Origin: a virus | Lineage: Duplodnaviria; Caudoviricetes | Direction: 5' to 3' (one strand) | IMG/VR virus record: IMGVR_UViG_3300035670_000243 | Location: 1-58,340 of that record | DNA: 58,340 nt | Part shown: one piece after another, positions 8,755 through 17,702 of the stretch | How positions within the stretch are numbered: position 1 is the first letter of the stretch | Layout: each line of letters opens with the position of its first letter | Notes under the pieces: model-generated | Told to the model about the DNA's origin: nothing | Databases searched by the model: none | The model's input: the letters and a program-made list of their open reading frames with translations, nothing else | Program-made: the position numbers and the translations under genes

Positions 8755-9951
8755 ATGACGACCTATGTTCAAACTTTTGGCGGCACAAACGTATACCCGA
8801 GCGACGTTTCGTATCGGTATGTGTCGCTCACTATCGACCAGGCGCTTGACTGGCCTTTAGAGGCAGCGCCTAGCGCGAACGTCGTAGCGTCCATCATGGA
8901 CGTTAATGCGACGACGACCAGTCTTGTCATTACGATGCCGGATGCGACCGAGGCCAGTACTGGTCTTACGGTGTTGTTTAACAACGTCGGGTCAAACACG
9001 TTCAGCGTTAACACAAACTCTGGCACGTTGATTTGTGCTCCGCAATCGAGCACGACGTTCCAGATTTACCTGACCGGTAATAGCACCGCAGGAGGTACTT
9101 GGCGCTCATTCCAATACGGGGCATCGGTTTCTGCAACGAACGCCGCCTCGCTGGCCGGGCTTGGTATCAAGGCAATTGCGACGACGCTTAACCAGTCAGC
9201 GCCTGTTAGCACGTTTAACAGCAACTACACGGCTGGCACGAGTGACCGCGCCAAGGCGCTGGTGTGGACCGGCGGCGCCGGCACGCTGTCGTTTGACCCG
9301 GTGGTGTCGCTGGGGAACGATTGGTTTGTAAACATCCGCAACGGCGGCACGGGTGATTTGACTCTTGACCCAAACAGTGGAGAGTTAATTAACGACGGGA
9401 CGACGTTGGTTCTTTCTCCCGGCGACAGTGCGACGGTAGTTACAAACGGCGTGCAGTTCTGGACGATTGGATTCGGACAGTCTGCTGTATACGCATTCAG
9501 TCTGTTGCAGATTGACGTTTCGGGAAGCGGTAACTACACGCTGTCGATTTCCGAGCTGAACCGAACGGCGTACATCTTTACGGGAACCCTGACGGGTAAT
9601 CGAGATATTGTTGTCCCGACGACGATTCAGCAGTACTGGATCAGTAACCAGACGTCTGGTCCGTACACGCTTGGCGTGAGAACGGCAGCGCAACCAAGCC
9701 CTGGCGTTAACGTCCCGTCTGCGGGCCGGGCAATTTTGTACTGCGATGGAACTGACGTTGTAGACGCTGACACGGCAACGATTGGTATTCCTGTTGCGGT
9801 AAGCCAAGGCGGTACTGGTGCAACGACTGCTAGCGCAGCCCGGACGAACTTGGGGGCTACCTCGATTGGTAATGCGGTATTCACGGCTGCGTCAACCTCT
9901 GCCGCTCAGATTGCGCTCGGCCTTGACCCGATTCAGGGCGGAACTTACTGA
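8755..9951 (+). CDS. Tail protein
   Basis: Thr/Ser/Gly beta-rich; FTGTLTGNR and VAVSQGGTGATTASAARTNLG fibre-like motifs. Confidence 0.65.
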   Translation: MTTYVQTFGGTNVYPSDVSYRYVSLTIDQALDWPLEAAPSANVVASIMDVNATTTSLVITMPDATEASTGLTVLFNNVGSNTFSVNTNSGTLICAPQSSTTFQIYLTGNSTAGGTWRSFQYGASVSATNAASLAGLGIKAIATTLNQSAPVSTFNSNYTAGTSDRAKALVWTGGAGTLSFDPVVSLGNDWFVNIRNGGTGDLTLDPNSGELINDGTTLVLSPGDSATVVTNGVQFWTIGFGQSAVYAFSLLQIDVSGSGNYTLSISELNRTAYIFTGTLTGNRDIVVPTTIQQYWISNQTSGPYTLGVRTAAQPSPGVNVPSAGRAILYCDGTDVVDADTATIGIPVAVSQGGTGATTASAARTNLGATSIGNAVFTAASTSAAQIALGLDPIQGGTY

Positions 9952-11561
9952 TGCCTTTGCAGCCGGTCATTGTTCGTTCTGAACCGGGCATCAAGCGGGA
10001 CGGAACGAAATTCGATGGTAACTTTTATGTAGACGGACAGTGGGTCCGTTTTCAGCGTGGGTTACCTAGAAAGATTGGCGGATACCGGGCGCTGCAAGAC
10101 CGGCTGGATGGCATTGCTCGAGGCATGCACATCCACAATCACAACGCCTATACGTATGTACACATTGGTACAGCGGACGGCGTGTTCCGATTCCGCCTTG
10201 ATTCAAACGGTTTGTCCAGCATTGTGACGAACCGGACCAATCCGGCTTATGTATCTAACATCAATTCGATGTATCAGTTTGATGTTGCGTACAACACCAC
10301 GACGAATCAAAACGAAATATTGGCTCACGTTGCGCCAAACCTTGCGGACATTTCCTCCGACTCAAACGGGGCGCTGTACCGTGGGTATGACAACGGAACG
10401 GCTACGCTAGATCTTGAGCCTGGGGTTGCAGCATCTGGTGGAATCGTTGCCTTGGCTCCGTATGTATTTGGTTATGGGTCTGACGGGTTTATTCAGTGGA
10501 GCCGCGCTGGGTATACGGATGACTGGGCGAACGGCGATGCTGGCGCAGCCCGTATTACCAGCCAGAAGATTGTAAAGGGGCTTCCGCTTCGAGCCGGCGC
10601 TGGTAATGCCCCGTCTGGATTGTTCTGGTCTATTGACTCTGTGCTGCGCGCTACATATACCGGCAATAGTGCGGTATTTCAATTTGATACGATTACCTCG
10701 CAGTCAAGCATTCTCTCTTCTCAGAGTGTGATTGAGTACGACGGTATCTACTACTGGTGCGGTGTTGATCGATTCTTGATGTTCAACGGTGTTGTACGGG
10801 AAGTCCCGAACAGCCTTAACTTGAACTGGTTCTACGACAATCTGAACTACGCTCAGCGCCAGAAAGTGTTCGCGTTCAAGGTTCCCCGCTGGGGCGAGAT
10901 CTGGTGGTGCTACCCGAGGGGTGATGCCACGGAGTGCAGCCACGCGGTCATTTATAACGTCCGTGAGAATACGTGGTATGACACGGAACTGCCTGGAGGT
11001 GGCCGCTCTGCGGGCGCTTACGCTCAGGTCTTTAGTTCGCCGCTGGTGGTGGGTGTTGTTGATACCGAGTTGACGCAGTACCGAGGCGTAGAGAGCAGCG
11101 AGCGGCGCATTACGGAAGATGGTGATTACAGAATCATCAACGACCCGAAGGGCTACGTTGTTTGGCAGCATGAGTACAAGACGGACGAGATCAATGGCGA
11201 TCAGATTCGTCCTATTCAATCGTACTTTGAGACGGCAGACATATCTCTGGTTGCCTCTCAAGAGCCGCAGAACATGGCGATTAGGGTTGAGTTTATGGAG
11301 CCCGACTTTGTACAGTCCGGTAATATGACTGTGCAGGTTACGGGCCGGGCGAATGCGAAATCTGCTGAAATAACCAGTGACCCGCAGACGATTTACGCAA
11401 CCCCGAACACGAAGCAAGAGCAGTTGGTGTACTTCCGTGAGATCCGTCGCGAGATGCGTTTCCGGTTTGAGAGCAACACGGTTGGTGGCAACTACCAGAT
11501 GGGCCAGACGATAGCCCATATTGAGCCGGCTACGGGCACGGTGCTTGGGGAAAACCCGTGA
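9951..11561 (+). CDS. Tail nozzle/packaged-DNA stabilisation protein (P22 gp10-like)
   Basis: PGIKRDGT..WVRF..G.P.KIGG start, GEIWWCYP motif; size and position. Confidence 0.65.
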   Translation: MPLQPVIVRSEPGIKRDGTKFDGNFYVDGQWVRFQRGLPRKIGGYRALQDRLDGIARGMHIHNHNAYTYVHIGTADGVFRFRLDSNGLSSIVTNRTNPAYVSNINSMYQFDVAYNTTTNQNEILAHVAPNLADISSDSNGALYRGYDNGTATLDLEPGVAASGGIVALAPYVFGYGSDGFIQWSRAGYTDDWANGDAGAARITSQKIVKGLPLRAGAGNAPSGLFWSIDSVLRATYTGNSAVFQFDTITSQSSILSSQSVIEYDGIYYWCGVDRFLMFNGVVREVPNSLNLNWFYDNLNYAQRQKVFAFKVPRWGEIWWCYPRGDATECSHAVIYNVRENTWYDTELPGGGRSAGAYAQVFSSPLVVGVVDTELTQYRGVESSERRITEDGDYRIINDPKGYVVWQHEYKTDEINGDQIRPIQSYFETADISLVASQEPQNMAIRVEFMEPDFVQSGNMTVQVTGRANAKSAEITSDPQTIYATPNTKQEQLVYFREIRREMRFRFESNTVGGNYQMGQTIAHIEPATGTVLGENP

Positions 11562-11797
11562 CGACTCATCGGATAGTTGACCCTCGCGGGATGGATATAC
11601 AGTACTGGGCTGACACCCTGTGCCTTGACCTAGACGATTATGCGGTGATCCCGCAGCTGTATAATAAAGACGAATGGCAGAACTGGGCTGCTGGCCTGAT
11701 CAGTATTAATGGTATTTCCCAGTTGAACCCTCCGTCGCCCTACCAGTTTGACGACTGGCAAGAGTGGGCATATCGTTTTTATCAGGTCTTGAATTAG
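11558..11797 (+). CDS. Small Trp-rich hypothetical protein
   Basis: Translationally coupled ORF; WQNWA and WQEWA repeats. Confidence 0.6.
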   Translation: MTTHRIVDPRGMDIQYWADTLCLDLDDYAVIPQLYNKDEWQNWAAGLISINGISQLNPPSPYQFDDWQEWAYRFYQVLN

Positions 11798-11804
11798 GTG
11801 AACA

Positions 11805-14800
11805 ATGGCTAGGTTTTACACTTACGGTGAAGTTCCTACCGCAGAATCTGAGGAAGGCTCTGAAGAAGGCGAGCGCAGTAGAGTATTAAGAATGGCTGCG
11901 GAGCGCGAGGCTGCACGCCAGCGCCAAGCAGAACTTCTTGAGATGCAGCGGCGGCAAGAGGAAATTGCTGCCCAGCGGGCTGCGGATGAAAGCCGTCGTG
12001 TTGCTGCTGAGCGCCTTGCTGAAGAGCGTGCTCGTGAAGACCTGATGAGGCAGGAGCAGGCTCGGCGTGCGGAAGAAGCGCGTGCGGCTGAGGCTGCTAG
12101 GGCGGAGGCTGCTAGGGCTCAGGCTGCAAGAGAGCAAGCGGCACGAGAAGAGGCGGCGCGTGCGCAGGCTGCTCGTGAGGAGTCGGCTCGAGCCGAAGCC
12201 GTTGGGGCTCAGGCTGCGCGTGAGCGAGCCGCTCGTGCAGAAGCCGCCCGGCAAGAGCAGATTCGTCAGGAGCAGATTCGCCAGGAACAGGCTAGGCAGG
12301 CAGAGGCGGCTCGTATTGCTGCCGAGCAAGAAGCCGCCCGTGTTGCGGCGGAGCGCGAGGCTGCGCGTATTGCTGCGGAACAAGAATCGGCTCGTGTTGC
12401 GGCGGAAGAAAACGCAAGGAAGCAGGCGGCGTCTGCTTCTTCTCCGTTGAGTGACGCTGTTGTGTCTGATGAGCCTGTTGTTGACAGGGGTGGCTCAAGT
12501 CCTTCCACCGCGCCAACCGAGATGAGCTGGATTGACAGGATGAAGCTTTTCGGAGCGCAGCCCTCGCTTGTTCCTAACCTGACCCAGCCCGGCACTGGCG
12601 GTGCGGACATTGCTGCCGCAGATCGATACAAGAAAGAAAAGCAATCCGCTGTTAGCGACTATGAGCAAAAGATCAATTCTTTAAGAACGGCTAATCAGCT
12701 TACGCCTGAAATTGAAAATGGGCTAAAAGAAAACCTCAAGCAAACGCTTGATTCCCTTTCTGGTCAAGAGTCGGCTTATCTTAATAGTTTGCCTCAGCGT
12801 CAGGTTCTTTCTGATTTGTTGAAGAGCAATCGGTTTGAAGAGGCTTATAAGTATGCCTCCGAAAACGGAATGCAAACTCTGTTGACGCAGACCAACGAGC
12901 TTAAAAACCTTAGGGGTGCTTTCACCAAGGAAGAGGCTCGTCAGTTTATTAATGCCATGCCGTCCGACTTTATGAAGGGCGCTTATGGAGATAGATATAA
13001 ATTTGATGAGGCTTGGAAGTTTGACCCGAAGGGAGCCGAGGAACGCGGTGCATTAGCGTTTGTAACCGGGTTTGACGAGTCTGGAAAAGCGATAACGTCA
13101 GACACTGGTTACCCGATGCTTGACCGAGTTCTTCAGGCTCAAGAGGTCAAGAAAGATCCTGGCATATTTAAGGACATCTTTAACGCTGCCGCGATTGCTG
13201 CTGCCATATTTGGCGGTGCGCAACTTGCCGGCGCGCTGGGTGGCGGTGCTGGAACTGGAGCGGGTGCGGGTGCGGGTGCGGGGGCTGGTGCTGGCACAGC
13301 AGCGGGTACAACCGCAGCAGGGGCTGGGGCAGGGGCCGGAGCTGGGGCAGCGGCTGGGGCGGGAACCACAAGCGGAGGGCTTGCTGGAGCAGTAAAGGCA
13401 ATTGGTGGAATTCCCGCTAGCATTGGAAACACAGTTGCAAACGCAGTTGGCCTAAGCATTACAAACCCTTTGTCTCAAGCCGCTCTTGGTAATGCAATTA
13501 TTACCGGAGGTATAACCGCTGCTAAAGGTGGTGACATAGAAGATGTTCTAAAGTCTGCTCTATTGGCTGCTGGAATTACTTATGTTTCAGCGCCAGTTAT
13601 GGACGGGCTGAAAGATGCGGCTAAAGCGGTCGGTACAAAGATGGGGCTTACCAGTGGCGCAGCCACTACAGCGGCAGGTCAAGCTGCTACCGATGCCCTA
13701 ACGGATGTGGCGGTTGATGACATTCTTAAAGAAGTTGTTGTTACTGCAACTAGGCCGGGGCTGGAAAGCCTTGTTGGCGTTGGAGCCGCTGCTGTTCCGA
13801 CAAAAACAACCGCTGATATTCCAGAAAAGACTTCTGAGGGCGCTCTTGATGAAATTACGGTAACTGGTAAAAAGGCCCCGATTAATACCTCTACTTCTCC
13901 GCTTTCTACGGTTGTTTCCAAAGTTGCTTCGGAGCCCACTCCGGAGCCGGAAGAGCCTGCGAAAAAAGAAGAGGCTCCTTTGCAGACGTTTAACATCGAG
14001 GCTAGCCGACTGCCATCGCTAGATGTGATGGTCAACGTCCCTGCATTGTCTAGCATGCTGGCTGATGCGGGTTATCAGAAGCCTGTGTTTGATACAACTC
14101 CGGTCGAGCAACTTCCGGAAGTGGTCGTACGAGCAGAGGCTCCGAAGCCGATTGATCTCGGGGACTCCGCTATTCCGCTGATTACCCAAGGGTTCACTCA
14201 ACCGAACGTCGAGCCGACTACCGGTGAAATCAAAGAGACGCCGAAGACGGAACAGGAGCTGGACAAGATCCAAGGTGCGCTCAGCACCGGGGCTGCGATT
14301 CCTTCCGGCTCTAGCATGTTTGATAAGTTTGAAAAGTTTGTATCAGGCGCTCAAAAGGTTAATGACTTAATCAAAGTCCTCGGCCTGTTGGGCGCGTTGG
14401 GTGCGGGCGGTAAAACAAAGACCCCGACTCCGGTTGGGCCCGCTCCTGCTGGCGGTCTTAGCGCACTCCCGAAATATAACTTTGAGCGCACTCAGCTCAA
14501 CCCAAACATTGACTACTACAACTACGGGTTTGGTCCTGAGGCAAAGTTCTTCTCAGATACGCTGTCTCCTGCCCCTGCTACGGGGATGGTCAATCCAAAG
14601 GATCAGCCTGTGTTTGCAGAAGGCGGATTAACGGGGTACTCCAAAGGCGGGTCTAATAGTTCTCGCTATGTGGACGGGCCGGGGTCTGGCCGAGAGGACA
14701 AGATCCCTGCTCTGCTGAGCGACGGGGAGTACGTCATTGACGCCGAAACTCTGGCTCTTTTGGGAGATGGTTCGACCAAGGAGGGGGCCCGGCAAATGGA

Positions 14801-14909
14801 TAAATTCCGTGCTAATATCCGCAAGCACAAGGGTCGTGCCCTATCGCGTGGCCAGATTAGTCCGGACGCAAAATCGCCCGATAAGTATATGGGCGGAGGG
14901 TTAGCCTAA
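11805..14909 (+). CDS. Large internal virion/ejection protein
   Basis: A/E/R-rich coiled-coil N-terminus, Gly-Ala hydrophobic stretch, C-terminal GPGSGREDKIPALLSDGEYVIDAE motif. Confidence 0.65.
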   Translation: MARFYTYGEVPTAESEEGSEEGERSRVLRMAAEREAARQRQAELLEMQRRQEEIAAQRAADESRRVAAERLAEERAREDLMRQEQARRAEEARAAEAARAEAARAQAAREQAAREEAARAQAAREESARAEAVGAQAARERAARAEAARQEQIRQEQIRQEQARQAEAARIAAEQEAARVAAEREAARIAAEQESARVAAEENARKQAASASSPLSDAVVSDEPVVDRGGSSPSTAPTEMSWIDRMKLFGAQPSLVPNLTQPGTGGADIAAADRYKKEKQSAVSDYEQKINSLRTANQLTPEIENGLKENLKQTLDSLSGQESAYLNSLPQRQVLSDLLKSNRFEEAYKYASENGMQTLLTQTNELKNLRGAFTKEEARQFINAMPSDFMKGAYGDRYKFDEAWKFDPKGAEERGALAFVTGFDESGKAITSDTGYPMLDRVLQAQEVKKDPGIFKDIFNAAAIAAAIFGGAQLAGALGGGAGTGAGAGAGAGAGAGTAAGTTAAGAGAGAGAGAAAGAGTTSGGLAGAVKAIGGIPASIGNTVANAVGLSITNPLSQAALGNAIITGGITAAKGGDIEDVLKSALLAAGITYVSAPVMDGLKDAAKAVGTKMGLTSGAATTAAGQAATDALTDVAVDDILKEVVVTATRPGLESLVGVGAAAVPTKTTADIPEKTSEGALDEITVTGKKAPINTSTSPLSTVVSKVASEPTPEPEEPAKKEEAPLQTFNIEASRLPSLDVMVNVPALSSMLADAGYQKPVFDTTPVEQLPEVVVRAEAPKPIDLGDSAIPLITQGFTQPNVEPTTGEIKETPKTEQELDKIQGALSTGAAIPSGSSMFDKFEKFVSGAQKVNDLIKVLGLLGALGAGGKTKTPTPVGPAPAGGLSALPKYNFERTQLNPNIDYYNYGFGPEAKFFSDTLSPAPATGMVNPKDQPVFAEGGLTGYSKGGSNSSRYVDGPGSGREDKIPALLSDGEYVIDAETLALLGDGSTKEGARQMDKFRANIRKHKGRALSRGQISPDAKSPDKYMGGGLA

Positions 14910-16681
14910 TGAGTGTGACAGACTTCCTTTTTGAGGGGAGCGCCCCGACTCCTTCAACAACGACTGGAACCAGTACGGTTCAGCTGCCGGAGTGGTATAC
15001 CCAGTACACCACGGATATGTTGGGCCGCGCTCAGGCCGTTGCAAACCTCCCCTACGCTCAGTACCAAGGGCCGCGAATCGCGCAATTTACCCCTACTGAG
15101 AGAGCCGGATTTGAGGCTACCAAAACCGCTGCCGGGGCGTATCAGCCCTTCTTGCAGCAGGCCGGCACCACATTAGGGCAGGCAGGCGCTATAAGCGGTC
15201 TGGGCGCGGCCGAACCGGCGTTTACCCGCGCTGCGGGCATGCTGGGCGGAGCAGCCGCTCAGCCTATGATCTCGCAAGGGCTGGGGATGAGCGCCGCTGG
15301 GGCGGCGGCTCCGGCGCTTTCTGCCGCTGAGTCAATCCGGTCTGCTCTTGCAGCCGAGCCTGGCTTCTCCCAAGCCGCCGGCATGTCTGGAGTGTCCGCT
15401 GCCCAGCCCGCCTTTAGCAGGGCTGCGGGGGTTTCTGGTGCCGAGGCTATGCGTCCGTTTGCGGATCGTGGCATTGGCGCGGTAACTCGAGCAGGTGAGA
15501 CTGCGGTTACCCCGCTTGCCGAAAGGTATTTCCAGCAGGCGGTTGGCGCTTCCCCTATGGCAGCGGCTGAGCCGTACATGAAGCAGGCCTCACGTACTTT
15601 CCCCGAAGCGGCGAAAGAGTACATGAGCCCGTACATTGAAGACGTCGTTAAGAAAATTGCTGATGTTGGCGTGCGCCAGCTTCAGGAAAAGTACTTGCCC
15701 GCCGTAGGTCAGGAGTTCATTGGCGCTGGCCAGTTCGGTCCCGGTCCGGGCAGCACCCGCATGGGCGAGTTTGGCGCTCGCGCTTTGCGTGACGTACAAG
15801 AGGCGGTGCTAGGCGAGCAGGCCAAGGCGTTGCAAGCCGGCTACGGGCAGGCTGCGGACATCTTTGGTCAGGATGTGGGTCGCGCAGCACAGTTGGCTGG
15901 CACTGCTGGTCAGTTGGGCGGGGCTCAGCAGCAGGCGCTTTTGGAGGCTGGCACGAAGGTCGGTCAGTTCTCTACGGAAGATCTCAACCGTCTTCTGCAA
16001 AGTGGAGTCAGCGTTGCGGATATCGGGGCCAAGATGGGCCAGTTGTCCGCTGCCGATGCCGAGCGTCTTATCTCAATCGGCCAGCAAACCGGCCAACTTA
16101 CGGCTCAAGATGCAGCGCGGCTCGCAGATATTGCGCAGGCGCGTGGGCAACTTACCGGCCAAGACGCTGCTCGCCTCGCGGAGATTGGGCAAGTTCGCGG
16201 CACGCTTACCGGCCAAGATGCTTCCAGAATCCTTGAGGGCGCTCAACTTACCGGGCAGCTTACACAGCAAGATGCTGCAAACCTCGCTCGGATTGCTGAG
16301 GCTCGAGGCCAGTTGTCCCAGCAGGATGCTGCGAATCTTCAGGCTCTTGCGTCCAAGTATTTGGGCATGGGAGAAGGGGCGCAGACGCTAGGCTTGCGTG
16401 GTGGTCAAGCCATTACCGGCGTTGGTGAAACCGAGCGCAAGATGCAGCAGGCTAACTTGGATCTGGCATACCAAGACTTCTTGCGTCAGCAGGGTTATCC
16501 GGAAGATCGGGTCAAGTTCCTTGCGAGCGTCCTGAGTGGTGTGGAGCTACCGCAAACGACGATTACCCAAACAAGCACAATGCCTGCGCAGCCTGGTAGC
16601 CCGTCAGCCATAGAGCAGGCTCTGTCTGGTGCTGAAGGTCTTGGAACCATATTCGACCTGATCAAAAAGTATTTCCCGTAA
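14909..16681 (+). CDS. Internal virion/DNA-ejection protein with tandem repeats
   Basis: A/G/Q-rich; YMSPY and GAGQFG motifs; 18-aa GQLTxQDAAxL repeats. Confidence 0.65.
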   Translation: MSVTDFLFEGSAPTPSTTTGTSTVQLPEWYTQYTTDMLGRAQAVANLPYAQYQGPRIAQFTPTERAGFEATKTAAGAYQPFLQQAGTTLGQAGAISGLGAAEPAFTRAAGMLGGAAAQPMISQGLGMSAAGAAAPALSAAESIRSALAAEPGFSQAAGMSGVSAAQPAFSRAAGVSGAEAMRPFADRGIGAVTRAGETAVTPLAERYFQQAVGASPMAAAEPYMKQASRTFPEAAKEYMSPYIEDVVKKIADVGVRQLQEKYLPAVGQEFIGAGQFGPGPGSTRMGEFGARALRDVQEAVLGEQAKALQAGYGQAADIFGQDVGRAAQLAGTAGQLGGAQQQALLEAGTKVGQFSTEDLNRLLQSGVSVADIGAKMGQLSAADAERLISIGQQTGQLTAQDAARLADIAQARGQLTGQDAARLAEIGQVRGTLTGQDASRILEGAQLTGQLTQQDAANLARIAEARGQLSQQDAANLQALASKYLGMGEGAQTLGLRGGQAITGVGETERKMQQANLDLAYQDFLRQQGYPEDRVKFLASVLSGVELPQTTITQTSTMPAQPGSPSAIEQALSGAEGLGTIFDLIKKYFP

Positions 16682-16698
16682 AAGCTGAGGGATAAAGA

Positions 16699-17691
16699 AT
16701 GGGCGTCTTTGACGAAGAAGAGTTGTTCAAGTACAGCGAGCAAGAAGCTGCTCGTGATTCGGAAGAGTCCCCTCTTTCTTCCGCAGCCTTTGACTATCAG
16801 GCTGATTACCTTAAAAAGGTAAGAGAGCGCGAGAAGGCAAGTAAGAATTTGATTGATCAGGTTGAAGCGGCAAAGAACAAACTTCTTGCCCCTGCCTCTG
16901 AGCCGTCTGGCCGCGAAGTTCTGCGAGGGATTGCTCAAAAACTTACTGCTCCTAAGGAAAGCACTGACCCTCGCTTTTTTGAGCGCCGCAATCTTTATAC
17001 TTTCTTAAGAGATGTTGGCCAATACGGCACTGAGCAGGAGCAAAAGCAGAAAGAGACCGAAGCCGCAAAGCAAGAGCAGCTCAAGGCTCTTGAGGACCTT
17101 GCTTCAAAGTACAAGTATCAAGGTGCTAAGGAGTCTGAAGAGGCCGCGTTTAGGGCTTTGAAAGAATTTAGTAAGCCTCCTAAAGAAAATAAGTTAGTTG
17201 CAGATGCTCAGAAGATTTTGGATTTGGAATCCATTATCAACAACCCTGACGCATCTCCAACAGCAAAAAGCGCGGCAGAGCGTCAGCTCAAGATGCTGAC
17301 TGAGGGTAAGTCTGAACAAGACAGCACTCGACTTGGACAGTTAAAACGCGCCTTGGAAATGTCTAGAAGTAAAGACCCTCGGGAGAGACAAGACGGCATT
17401 CGTTTGTTTAATGCTCTAAAAGGGTCTGGGGGCGGAGGCCAACTTACTCTTACCCAGCAAAGAGCAGATTCTGAAATCTTATCTGCAAGGGATTTGATTA
17501 AGGGCGTTCCTCAAGCGCAAATTGATATGGCTTTTAGGAAAGGGCAGTATAGAACTGCTCGGGAAAATGACATTGTAAAAGCATACACATTGGCTCAACG
17601 CAAAACCCTTGCTGAGATGATGGACGAGGGTGCTGTTGGGCAGAGTGGTAACGAAGAAGACGAAAGCGTTATCAACGAAGAAATGCCGTAA
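16699..17691 (+). CDS. Internal virion protein (charged, helical)
   Basis: Position among ejection genes; RBS GAGG upstream. Confidence 0.55.
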   Translation: MGVFDEEELFKYSEQEAARDSEESPLSSAAFDYQADYLKKVREREKASKNLIDQVEAAKNKLLAPASEPSGREVLRGIAQKLTAPKESTDPRFFERRNLYTFLRDVGQYGTEQEQKQKETEAAKQEQLKALEDLASKYKYQGAKESEEAAFRALKEFSKPPKENKLVADAQKILDLESIINNPDASPTAKSAAERQLKMLTEGKSEQDSTRLGQLKRALEMSRSKDPRERQDGIRLFNALKGSGGGGQLTLTQQRADSEILSARDLIKGVPQAQIDMAFRKGQYRTARENDIVKAYTLAQRKTLAEMMDEGAVGQSGNEEDESVINEEMP

Positions 17692-17702
17692 GAGGGCTGC
17701 AC

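Noticed and set aside
11880-12430. Repetitive EAAR/QAAR DNA and the GGTGCG-type repeats at 13240-13370 as noncoding repeat elements
   Set aside because: Explained by low-complexity coding sequence
11805-14909. Tape-measure protein call based on the GPG..D.IPA.LSDGEYV motif
   Set aside because: No tail tube, sheath or tail-chaperone genes recognised; context fits podovirus ejection proteins, though the motif also occurs in tape measures
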